A program made the position numbers and the translations under genes. A DNA stretch of 32,000 bases from a cyanobacterium endosymbiont of Braarudosphaera bigelowii (GTDB lineage Bacteria > Cyanobacteriota > Cyanobacteriia > Cyanobacteriales > Microcystaceae): contig NZ_AP024987.1 of the NCBI RefSeq assembly GCF_020885515.1, positions 1,380,001-1,412,000 on the forward strand, read 5' to 3'. The notes beneath the pieces are model-generated. The model saw nothing but the letters and a program-made list of their open reading frames with translations, was not told where the DNA came from and made no database searches. Positions 1-9,379 of the stretch are shown here, in pieces (the stretch's first letter is position 1; every line of letters starts with the position of its first letter).

Positions 1-168
1 ATAGACAAAAATATAACCCGTAGACCACATTAAGCTTAATAAATTAGTATTTCAGTACTTAAATACTCAATAAAGTATCAAAATTAAACATTTTAATTTA
101 TTTTAGTCTAAAACTTTATTTAGAAAATCAAATTGAAGTCGTAATTTTTATTACTTAAAGTATAAAAA

Positions 169-831
169 TTATTGATTCTGAGTTTTAACTATATCTACAC
201 CATGAGAAGTACCTATGCGACTTGCACCTAACTTAACTAATTCTAAAGCTTGTTCAAATGTATGAATACCTCCAGAAGCTTTAATCCCCATTTTACCGCT
301 ACAAATTTTATGTAGATATTCGATATCAATTTTTGTAATGCCTCCGAACCATCCAGTGTTAGTCTCTAAATATTTAGCTCCTGCATCTGCACAAATATCA
401 GAGGCTAACTTCTTTTCTGCATTTGTTAATAAATTACTTTCTAAAACTATTTTAATTATCCTTTTTGTAGTTTCACATATTGATGATATTTCATCATAAA
501 TAAATCTTGAATTACCTAATTTTAATTCTCCCAGATTTATCATAATGTTCAATTCATTAGCACCATTATCTGTTGCTTCTTGTGCTTCATAAAGTTTAAC
601 AGATGAAGTAGTAGCTCCTGAAGGAAAACCAATTACTGTAGATATTGAAGTTTTGGTTCCATGAAGTAAATGTACTACCTGAGGAACGAAATGAGGATAT
701 ACACACACACTAGGAAATTGAAAGTATTGAGCTTCATCACATAATGTTTTAATTTCTTCATAAGTTGAGTTAGGATTGAGTGATGAATGTTCAATATAGT
801 TAGCAATATTAATATTTAATTCAGATTTCAT
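169..831 (-). CDS. deoC: Deoxyribose-phosphate aldolase family protein, probably catalytically altered
   Basis: 220-aa ORF with DeoC-like landmarks: IEHSSLNPN, VCVYP, TVIGFPSGATTSSVKLYEAQEA, AGAKYLETNTGWFGG, GIKASGGI, GTSHGV. Active-site Lys position is Glu (see findings). Confidence 0.85.
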   Translation of the reverse strand: MKSELNINIANYIEHSSLNPNSTYEEIKTLCDEAQYFQFPSVCVYPHFVPQVVHLLHGTKTSISTVIGFPSGATTSSVKLYEAQEATDNGANELNIMINLGELKLGNSRFIYDEISSICETTKRIIKIVLESNLLTNAEKKLASDICADAGAKYLETNTGWFGGITKIDIEYLHKICSGKMGIKASGGIHTFEQALELVKLGASRIGTSHGVDIVKTQNQ

Positions 832-1347
832 GTTCTTTATTTCTACAAAAATTTATTAACTCAATTATCTAAATTGTAGTTTAAAAAAGCATGTGTTTCA
901 TAAGATATAAAAATGATATTTATCAGAATATAATTTCTCTAAGAAACATTAACTTTTAATAATGTTGAATAAGATTCAACAATTTAATTTTTCAAAGGTC
1001 ATCACTTCTTAAGTACATATTAGAGCTTTTAATTCAATTAATTTTGTAGAGAATTGTTACTCATATAGAGTAAAGTTTATTTAGAGTTAGTAGCGTGTCA
1101 TTCTCTTAAAAATTTCATACTTCTAAAGATAATAAAATTGTCTCTAAATATACTTTTTTCTAATAATCTTATTTATTAATACTATTACAATATTTATATA
1201 AAGTTTTTGAGTTTTAGTAGTTGCATTATATTGCTAGAATCTTGGTACTTATAACATTAAATTACCTAATATTAACTAAAAGCTACAAATAGTAAGTATG
1301 TTTATAAGCTCTAAAACGAATATAAAGTTACTTTTTTGTATATACTT

Positions 1348-1530
1348 TTACACAATATTTAAACACTGGAAATAGGCAAGGTTAAGTTTACTGTTATCGA
1401 AGATGAAACTTATTGGAGCTGGTATTAGTAAATCAGATGTTATAAATGAACGTGCGATCATTACAAATAGAGAAATAACAAAAATAAGAAGAATTAAAAA
1501 AGGAGCTATATATTCTCGAAAAAACTGCAT
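1348..1530 (-). CDS. Possible small single-pass membrane protein (MQFFREYIAPFLILLIFVISLFVMIARSFITSDLLIPAPI...)
   Basis: 60-aa ORF with one clear hydrophobic segment followed by an SD..PAPI-like tail. General resemblance to short cyanobacterial membrane proteins from memory only; weak RBS. Confidence 0.3.
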   Translation of the reverse strand: MQFFREYIAPFLILLIFVISLFVMIARSFITSDLLIPAPISFIFDNSKLNLAYFQCLNIV

Positions 1531-1566
1531 AAAAACTTTTATCTTTAGTATATTACCAAATTATAT

Positions 1567-1598
1567 CAGATTTTTTTCAACTGATTGAAAAAAATCTG
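1567..1598. terminator. 14-bp perfect hairpin with CTGA tetraloop downstream of the histidine kinase gene
   Basis: cagatttttttcaa-ctga-ttgaaaaaaatctg; arms are exact reverse complements. Confidence 0.55.
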
Positions 1599-1693
1599 GC
1601 AATTGGTACTAGGAATAAATACAGGAAAAATTGTAAAGAATACTATTTTAAACAATTAATTTTATACTTTTACCAAAATCAATACTTGTAAAA

Positions 1694-3007
1694 TCAATTT
1701 GTTCTATACCTTGAATCTTTTAGAGATAACCATACTATAAATTGTGTCCCTTTATTATTTTGAAAATCAATTGGACTCAATAACTCAATCGTTCCATTCA
1801 TTTTATCAACTAGTTCTTTGACAATTGATAAGCCTAAGCCGTTGCCTAGAATACTTTCTTGTGTTTTTGCTCCTCTATAATGTCGCTCAAAAATATATGG
1901 TTGATCTTCCGTAGAAATACCTAAGCCTGTATCTTGTATACAAATACCTTGATACTGTTTATTGTCAATGATTTTAAATAAACCTAGCCTAATATCTATT
2001 CTCCCAAATGGAGGAGTATATTTAATACTATTATCAATTAAATTACTAATTACTTCTCTTAATCCAAAAATACTAGCTAAAACTGGTTGTAAATAATTAG
2101 GAGCATGTATCTGCAGAATTATATTTTTATTTTGTGCAATAGGTTTCATAGAAATCAGAATATCTTCCAATATTTCTGATATGTAAATTTCATCCAATTC
2201 TAAAGATTGTGAAGGAAGTAAAGGAGACAATGAATTTTTAAAAGTGCCAACAAAGTTAGAATTTAAAGGAACAGTATCTAAACTCGCATCTATTGAGATT
2301 TGGTTGGTTTCAAATTCTTGGATTAAATCGTGTAAATGTTCTCCTTCTCTAACTATATTCTTAACGACAGCAAAACTTTGCTCATCAGATATTAAACGTT
2401 TAAGTAATAATTTACCAAAAATTTTTAGAGCTGTTAATGGATTTCTTAGTTGGTGAAATAAATTTTCAAGTCGATCATATTCTTGTTTATGTAATATTTT
2501 TTGCTGATGTAATTGTTTTTTAGAAGATGCTTGACGTTGATCTAATGAGCGTGCAATTGCTAAGGTATTTGCTATTTTTTTTATTTGAGTCAATTCATCT
2601 TGTTTCCAAGGATGATTAAATCTCCTTGTTACCAAAACTCCTAAAACAAGACCTTCATATACCAGAGGAAACCCTACTTGGTAAGGTTCTGATGTAAAAA
2701 AGTTGCTACTATGTACACTAGACAAATCTTCAGAAATAGATGATAAAGATCCTCTAAAAATTGGTATGGCGGTAATTTCTTTTCCTTCAATAAAATCAAT
2801 ATGATTAGTAAAAGTATTTCTAGCTGTTCCACCAGCTGGATAAACAACTATTGGTATAAGATTTATTTGTTGATTATCTTTTTCTGAAGTCAAATATACA
2901 GCACTCCATTCTGCTTGTAGAATTTTAGCCAAAAGAGTGATTTGTGATTGACACAAAGAAATAAAATCTGAACTCGGATAAGAAACTTTTGCTGTAGCAG
3001 AGAACAT
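1694..3007 (-). CDS. GAF domain sensor histidine kinase, Hik2/chloroplast sensor kinase (CSK)-like
   Basis: 437 aa; N-terminal GAF-like region, H-box-like FHQLRNPLTALKIFGKLL, N-box REVISNLIDNSIKYTP, G1 ICIQDTGLGIS, F-box IFERHYRG, G2 GNGLGLSIVKELV. Confidence 0.85.
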   Translation of the reverse strand: MFSATAKVSYPSSDFISLCQSQITLLAKILQAEWSAVYLTSEKDNQQINLIPIVVYPAGGTARNTFTNHIDFIEGKEITAIPIFRGSLSSISEDLSSVHSSNFFTSEPYQVGFPLVYEGLVLGVLVTRRFNHPWKQDELTQIKKIANTLAIARSLDQRQASSKKQLHQQKILHKQEYDRLENLFHQLRNPLTALKIFGKLLLKRLISDEQSFAVVKNIVREGEHLHDLIQEFETNQISIDASLDTVPLNSNFVGTFKNSLSPLLPSQSLELDEIYISEILEDILISMKPIAQNKNIILQIHAPNYLQPVLASIFGLREVISNLIDNSIKYTPPFGRIDIRLGLFKIIDNKQYQGICIQDTGLGISTEDQPYIFERHYRGAKTQESILGNGLGLSIVKELVDKMNGTIELLSPIDFQNNKGTQFIVWLSLKDSRYRTN

Positions 3008-3230
3008 ACTTTATTAAGTTTTATCAAGAAGTAAAAATTTGTAGCCTAAATATTAAATGAATTTGTTTTTAATCAAAAAAACATTGCTATAGTAATAATC
3101 ATAATTTGAATTGCAAGAATTTACAATTTAAGTATTAAATGCTTGATCTTTTAAAATTAAACAGATATAATTGCTTCGGATTTTGTAGCTATGACTGCAG
3201 TCTATGTAGTCAAAATAGGAGGTAAAAGGG

Positions 3231-3551
3231 TTGGCAAGAAAGCGCAAACGGAAAAGTCGCCGTCGCCAAGAGGGTCGAAAAATTCTTGAACTTGTACCCC
3301 AATATAATATTGAGAGCGGTGAAGATAAGCCAGTAACTGCTGCTAGAAAATACATTCATGGAATAGGGATACAGGCGCCTGCTTTGTTAGTTGTTAGGCG
3401 TAATGAACACACTACTGATAGATACTTTTGGGCGGAAAAAGGTCTATTTGGTGCTCAATATGTTGAGGAAAATCATTTTTTGTTTCCTAGTTTAAAAGAA
3501 TTTCAGCCACAAATTCAGAAAATGTCTATGAAAACTCCTATGGTAGGATAA
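3231..3551 (+). CDS. Conserved cyanobacterial DUF3155-like protein
   Basis: 106-aa ORF with TTG start preceded by AGGAGGT (3217-3223); basic N-terminus MARKRKRKSRRRQEGRK and a conserved-looking body. Confidence 0.75.
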   Translation: MARKRKRKSRRRQEGRKILELVPQYNIESGEDKPVTAARKYIHGIGIQAPALLVVRRNEHTTDRYFWAEKGLFGAQYVEENHFLFPSLKEFQPQIQKMSMKTPMVG

Positions 3552-3629
3552 ATATTCAGTGAAGTTACTATAAGTGGCTGTGATTTTCTTTTTAAGAAAT
3601 GAAAAAAGTTTATGTGTTGATTTGTTTTT

Positions 3630-4157
3630 CTAATTATTAAGCTGTAAAGGAAAGCTTTTTTTAAACTTAGCTATTTCATCACGATGACCAGTTAGAATAA
3701 AACAACTAGGTTTATCTAGTGTTTCTCCTGTATTGTGTTCAAAGTTTACGGTTACTGTCTCAGCTTTACATGCTTTTTTCCAATAAAATAAACCTGTTAT
3801 GGGAGACAAAATGACTAAACTAAAAAATCCAGGAGTTAATGGCTGATAAAGAAACGATAAAATCAATCCAAAGCAGAATAGACCAACTGACGATAGAAAA
3901 CTTAAGAAGATTGCCATAAACCAACTAGGACGAACTATTCCCTCAAAAATAATTTCATCTTCTTTATTAGAAATAATTTGATAGGATCGTTTTTCAAAAT
4001 AAGTTTTAATTTGTTTCATTAATGGTATTTTAGATACCTGGAAAATAATTTTTTCTTTCTCTGTACGGTCTTTTACAGAGGCACGAATAAAAAAGAATAA
4101 TCCTATAGTTAGTAAAAAAGTTAGAAAGAAAGTTGAAATTAAGGTAGGATTGCTCAC
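3630..4157 (-). CDS. Cofactor assembly of complex C subunit B-like membrane protein (CCB1-type)
   Basis: 175 aa, N-terminal TM, FIRASVKDRTE, FEGIVRPSWFMAIFLSFLSSVGLFCFGLILSFLYQ, SPITGLFYWKKA; resembles cyanobacterial CCB-type proteins. Confidence 0.6.
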   Translation of the reverse strand: MSNPTLISTFFLTFLLTIGLFFFIRASVKDRTEKEKIIFQVSKIPLMKQIKTYFEKRSYQIISNKEDEIIFEGIVRPSWFMAIFLSFLSSVGLFCFGLILSFLYQPLTPGFFSLVILSPITGLFYWKKACKAETVTVNFEHNTGETLDKPSCFILTGHRDEIAKFKKSFPLQLNN

Positions 4158-4677
4158 AAGAATTAAAATAATGATAACTAAGTAATGAATTAAAATAGTT
4201 CTGTCTTGACTGATTGTAACCTATAAACATATAAACAAATGATTTTTAGCTTTGTTTACACAAACAGTTATCTAAGATAAAAATAAATGACTTAAGTAGT
4301 TAAGTAGAGTTATTAAAAATTTTAAAATAGAGATTTATCTAGTTAAAAGCACTTTTTTGTTAAGACTTTTAAAGTGTGAAAATTTTAAACTATTTGAATT
4401 ACTTGTAATAATACCTATAACTATGCTGGACTAAAATTCAGTGATAGGTGGATTTTCAGATTTTATCTAAAGAAGTTCATTTTAATCTTGTAACTCTTCT
4501 TGTAATAAAAAATGTTAAAAGTATTTTATTCCTCATATAAACAAAAAGAAATGTCAGTTATGGGCTCTTTTAAATTAACAGTTGTAATAAGTCCAAAATG
4601 AGTTCTCTAAATTACTAAGAATTTAGATCTTTTTTCAAAGTATAAAATTTTTCAACTTTTAATGATTTAAACTTAAT

Positions 4678-4920
4678 TTATTCCTCGTTTATTTTAACTT
4701 GAACATCATTAAAGATAGAAGTATTAAATTTAAATAAAATAATTAAACTCAGTATATGAATAAGCCAATGTGAGATTACTAAGCTCCAAATAATAGAGAC
4801 TAAAGCAGTTGCAAAAGCAAGGACTCCAAAAATATCATTGTTAGTACGCTGATACCGTAAGATACTTCCTATTGAAATTACAAAGAATAGAAATGGAAAA
4901 ACATAAAATATCATAGACAA
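4678..4920 (-). CDS. Small hydrophobic protein of unknown function (80 aa)
   Basis: MSMIFYVFPFLFFVISIGSILRYQRTNNDIFGVLAFATALVSIIWSLVISHWLIHILSLIILFKF; two to three predicted TM segments; no overlapping gene. Confidence 0.55.
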   Translation of the reverse strand: MSMIFYVFPFLFFVISIGSILRYQRTNNDIFGVLAFATALVSIIWSLVISHWLIHILSLIILFKFNTSIFNDVQVKINEE

Positions 4921-5769
4921 TTACCTTCCAATTTCTTATATAGTGAAAAACCTACAAAAAATAATTTTTACTGATTTAGATATTAGAACACGCTTATACT
5001 CTAACAATAGCATTATCTTATATGAGATGACAGCAATATAAACTATTTAGTTGAGATATCGTAAAAAATCTTCGTATAACTTTAAATTTAGACAAATTAT
5101 ATTAACTAATAATACTTATTATTAGCTAATATAGAAAATTGTACTAACTAGTTTTATACTTTATCTAGCAAAAACTAATTAGATGAAAAATAGATCAATA
5201 ACTCTAGGCACTTTATCATAGAATAATTATATTTATATTACGAACTTTTAGCAAAAACTAAAAAACTTTAACTTACTTAGTAGATAAAATTAAAATTAGT
5301 CATAGAAGGTTAGAGCAACATAGAAATTTATTTAGAATACTTATCGGATTATTTAACTTAACTTGTCTAAATATTTTAACTATCTTACACTTTATATCTT
5401 AATACTCACCTTTCAAATATTGAATTGCAAATAAATATTTTCGTATATTACAATCCGTATTTTAATAATAACTTTTAAAAAACAATATAATTCTGATATT
5501 AAAATTAAAGACTATAGTATGAATTTTATAACTTAATTCTGTTAGTTGAAAAAATTACTATTAAATATTTTAAATATCAAGCTTGATTAATTTTATATTG
5601 TCACTAATAAAGAACAATTAATATTACTTAATAAAATAGTTTTTATAATTTGGTCATGTGAAACAAGTAAAGTTTCCTATCAACTTTTAAAAATATTGAT
5701 ATTTATAAAAAGTATTGAAACAATCATTTATTTTTTATTCAAGAGGAACTAACAATAGAAACTATTAGT

Positions 5770-5817
5770 CTAGTGAAAAGCGTCTATATATTCATTTTCT
5801 AAGATTAATTTCACTAG
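5770..5817. promoter_or_regulatory. Hairpin upstream of the Tic22-like gene
   Basis: ctagtgaaa (5770-5778) pairs with tttcactag (5809-5817), 130 nt before the ATG. Confidence 0.3.
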
Positions 5818-5947
5818 GTCAAGACTACAAAAAATTCAGAAAAATCTGATATAGTGCGCAATTTATCTTAGGATTCTTTATAAAAGCTATTAAGAATTTT
5901 ATCAAGCAATCGAAATACATAAATTTATAAGATATGAGGGTATTTTT

Positions 5948-6700
5948 ATGAAATCATTAGTTCGCTGGGGAACAACTATGAGCTTGATAGCAAGCACTTT
6001 GTTGACATCTTGGCTAGGGAAAGTGCCAAAAGTATTAGCTTTACCTGAAGCTGATATCATTAAGTTATTACAGACAGTTCCTGTCTTTACTATTACTACA
6101 GAAGAAGGAGGACCTCTTGTTGCAACGATAGAGGATAATCAAAAAGTAACACAAGTTTTTATGAGCTCACAGGATGCTGATGGTTTTTTAGATAAGCTTC
6201 GTCAACATCAGCCAGACGTTGGAAATAAAGTAAAAGTTCAAGCTGTTTCTTTAGGGGAAATATATCGTTTTGCTTTAGCTAATAATAGTGATGTAAATAA
6301 AGAATCTCTTCAATTTGTTTATGTTCCTATGAAGAGTGCTATAGACTCTGCAAAAAAACTTCTAGACACCAAAGGACAAGAATATAAAGGTGGAGTTCCT
6401 TTATTTATTCTGAGAGGAGGTCCCGAAAATAGTATGTTGACTATTCAACAAAATGAGAGAGAAGTTATCCCTCTTTTCTTTGAAGAAGCTCCAATTCAAG
6501 CTATTACAGAAAAAATGAAAAAGGATCAGCCCAACATCGTTAAATCAATAAAAATTGAAGTAGTTCCTTTAGAAAATGTAATTGGGTTACTGCAAACCAA
6601 AAATGATGAGGCACTTAAGCAAATACAATTAGTTCCACCTGAAGAGACTATTCAGTTTATTCAGAATAAAATTAAACTAGAACAGGCTCAAGAAAGCTAA
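5948..6700 (+). CDS. Tic22-like family protein
   Basis: 250 aa with signal-peptide-like N-terminus and Tic22-like pattern VPVFTITTEEGGPLVA...VTQVFMSSQDADGFL...VPLFILRG...VIPLFFEE. Confidence 0.85.
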   Translation: MKSLVRWGTTMSLIASTLLTSWLGKVPKVLALPEADIIKLLQTVPVFTITTEEGGPLVATIEDNQKVTQVFMSSQDADGFLDKLRQHQPDVGNKVKVQAVSLGEIYRFALANNSDVNKESLQFVYVPMKSAIDSAKKLLDTKGQEYKGGVPLFILRGGPENSMLTIQQNEREVIPLFFEEAPIQAITEKMKKDQPNIVKSIKIEVVPLENVIGLLQTKNDEALKQIQLVPPEETIQFIQNKIKLEQAQES

Positions 6701-6722
6701 AATATTCATCTATTAACTATTT

Positions 6723-6761
6723 ACATTCAAGATCTCTTAAAAATTTAGAAATCTTGAATGT
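6723..6761. terminator. Hairpin 22 nt after the Tic22-like stop codon
   Basis: acattcaagat (6723-6733) / atcttgaatgt (6751-6761), 11-bp perfect arms; no strong U-tract. Confidence 0.55.
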
Positions 6762-7149
6762 CCATATTTAATATTTACACAAATACAATATAAGTAATAA
6801 CTTATTCACACATATCTGATAGATATAAGACATAGAGCTAAACTGATTAAAAAAATTGATTAAGATAAAAGTATTTTTATATAAAAACTATCATAGTCAC
6901 TAATGTGGTTTTTCTATCTTAAAATTTAAAGAATATAAATATTTAAAATCAATTTCGGCTAATGCTGAGGAAGTGATGATTAATTATTAACTCAGTTTTT
7001 AAGAATATGAATAAAGACTTAAAATATCTTAAAATTTTCTATTAAGTTCTTTAGACTAAAAAGATAAAAAATAATATTAATAACTGATTAGCTATTTATA
7101 CTTATAGTCACTGGTTAAATTTACAATATTTATATTCTAGAAAACAATT

Positions 7150-9219
7150 ATGGGAAAATCTGAAACGAAAGAATTAATAAATAGACAGTTATTTTACCTG
7201 AAGAAAAACAATAAACTTAAGTTTTTAGGACATATTTTTACCTCACTATCTTTAGGTATAATCTCGTTAAGCACTACCCTTCCAGTTTCTGCACGTATAC
7301 CTGAAGAATTGATTAGTTGTGACATACTTGTAGTGGGTGCTGGACTATCAGGTTCTGCTGCTGCTTACGAAGGTTTATTAGCTGGAAAGACTGTTTGTTT
7401 AACTGAATTAACTGATTGGGTGGGAGGGCAAATTTCTTCACAAGGTAATTCAGCTTTTGATGAGGGAAAACAACAGAGATCTTTACAGCATTTTCCTCGA
7501 GGATATAATATTCTGCGAAACAATATTGCTCGTTTTTACAATAGGCAAAACCCTGGAGAATGCTGGGTCAGTGAAAGCTGTTTCTTACCATCTCACGGTC
7601 ACCAATTATTATATAAACAATTACAGAAAGCTCAAAAAATTGGTAATGGAACTTTGAAATGGTTTCCTTCAACTGTTGTCAAAGAAATAAAACTGAATGC
7701 AAATAATAAATTAATACAGAGCGTTATCGCTATTCAACATAGTCCTGCTGATCCTGGTCTTGATCTTTATAAAGAGCCTCTTTCCCAGACCATTCAGGAT
7801 GCTTATACTTACAAAGATTCCAAACGTTTCAAAAAAAGAATTATTCGTTTTGAAGCAAAATCTCAAGAAAATAGTTCCGCTAATTGGTTTGTAATAGAAG
7901 CAACCGAAACAGGAGAAATAATTGCTTTAGCTGATATTCCGTATCAGCTAGGATTAGATCCCTTAAATCATCTTAATCCATCATCTCCGACAAAAAATAG
8001 GGATCCTTATTGTGTACAAGGTTTTACATATCCTTTTGCTATGGAAAGGATGACAAGTATTCAAACCCAAAACAAGCCAATATTTTATGATAAATATGAG
8101 CCATATTATGGATACGATAATGATAATCGATTAGCTCATTTTGACTTGGTATTTACCTATCGAAGAATCTGGAGTCCTCGTAAGGGAAGATTAGTAAAAA
8201 CTGGACCTCTTAAGGTTAATGAGCCTAGCCCTGGAGATATTTCTATGCAAAATTGGCTATGGGGAAATGATTATCGTCCAGGAACATCACAAGACAATCT
8301 TATTTATACTCGTAAACAGCTAAAAGAAAACGGACAGTTAGAAGAAGGTAGATGGGAAGGAGGTTTACGTACAGAAACTTTAAAAAAAGGAGAGGAATTA
8401 TCTTTAGGATTTTATTACTGGTTAGTAGCAGGAAATACTGATTCTCGCTTAGGTAATAATATTAAAAAACCATCCCCAAATCATCGTTTATTAAGTGGCC
8501 ATAGTTCTCCTATGGGAACTATGCATGGACTATCTAAATATCCTTATATTAGGGAAGGGAGACGCATTATTGGAAGACCATCTTATGATCATCCAGATGG
8601 ATTTTCTATAAATGAAATTGATATTTCGACTAAAGATTATTGGAATAATTTTTATCGTACTTCTTTGCCTCGGCCAATGTATCAAAGAGTATGGTCAACT
8701 ATCGCTAACTTAGAATCAAGAATAATGACATTAAGTAACCGTCCTTCGTATTTAGTTACCAGACGCACCCATGCAACAATATATCCAGATTCTGTTGGCG
8801 TTACCCAATATATGATTGATTTTCATCCATGTATGGCTTTATCTCCTGCAGAAAAACCTGGAAATCTTGAAAGAAGAGAAGTTCGTGTCGCTCATGGTTC
8901 CGCTCATCCTGCACAAATTCCATTAAGAGCTATGATTCCTCAAAAAATAGATAATTTAATTGTTTCTGGAAAGAATATAGCTACTAGTCATATTGCAGCA
9001 GCAGCTTATAGGGTACATGGATTTGAGTGGTCAGCTGGAGCAGCTGCTGGCACATTAGCTAGCTTTTCTTTAGAAAAGGATATCTTGCCTTATGAGTTAG
9101 TAGATGATTTACCAAAACAAGAATCTGGGTTACAGGAATTTCGTCAAAAGCTAGAAAGTAATGGCAATCCTACAACTTTTCCTCAAGCTATGATGTTTAG
9201 TTACTTGCAAGGTAAGTAG
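7150..9219 (+). CDS. FAD-dependent oxidoreductase
   Basis: 689 aa; dinucleotide-binding motif CDILVVGAGLSGSAAAYEGLLAGKTVCLTE, then GGQISSQGNSAFDEG; putative signal/TM segment at N-terminus. Confidence 0.85.
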   Translation: MGKSETKELINRQLFYLKKNNKLKFLGHIFTSLSLGIISLSTTLPVSARIPEELISCDILVVGAGLSGSAAAYEGLLAGKTVCLTELTDWVGGQISSQGNSAFDEGKQQRSLQHFPRGYNILRNNIARFYNRQNPGECWVSESCFLPSHGHQLLYKQLQKAQKIGNGTLKWFPSTVVKEIKLNANNKLIQSVIAIQHSPADPGLDLYKEPLSQTIQDAYTYKDSKRFKKRIIRFEAKSQENSSANWFVIEATETGEIIALADIPYQLGLDPLNHLNPSSPTKNRDPYCVQGFTYPFAMERMTSIQTQNKPIFYDKYEPYYGYDNDNRLAHFDLVFTYRRIWSPRKGRLVKTGPLKVNEPSPGDISMQNWLWGNDYRPGTSQDNLIYTRKQLKENGQLEEGRWEGGLRTETLKKGEELSLGFYYWLVAGNTDSRLGNNIKKPSPNHRLLSGHSSPMGTMHGLSKYPYIREGRRIIGRPSYDHPDGFSINEIDISTKDYWNNFYRTSLPRPMYQRVWSTIANLESRIMTLSNRPSYLVTRRTHATIYPDSVGVTQYMIDFHPCMALSPAEKPGNLERREVRVAHGSAHPAQIPLRAMIPQKIDNLIVSGKNIATSHIAAAAYRVHGFEWSAGAAAGTLASFSLEKDILPYELVDDLPKQESGLQEFRQKLESNGNPTTFPQAMMFSYLQGK

Positions 9220-9312
9220 TCTAGATGGTCTTTTCTTTAAGATCTTCTAAAAATAATTTTAGAGATAAAGATAATATTTAAAATTAATATGTTTAAATCT
9301 GAAATTATTTTT

Positions 9313-9352
9313 AATAAGTATAGATTTAAAGTATTGTTAATCTATACTTATT
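9313..9352. terminator. 14-bp perfect inverted repeat between convergent FAD oxidoreductase and smc genes
   Basis: aataagtatagatt (9313-9326) / aatctatacttatt (9339-9352), 12-nt loop. Confidence 0.6.
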
Positions 9353-9379
9353 CTAAAAAAGAGATATAGGATAGTATGC

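Noticed and set aside
2244-2456. 70-aa ORF antisense to the histidine kinase
   Set aside because: Fully inside a supported CDS, no recognisable features.
3128-3355. 75-aa minus ORF overlapping the DUF3155-like gene
   Set aside because: The opposite strand has a near-perfect Shine-Dalgarno and a conserved-type protein, so this is a shadow ORF.
4030-4230. 66-aa plus ORF overlapping the CCB1-like gene
   Set aside because: Antisense overlap, composition not protein-like.
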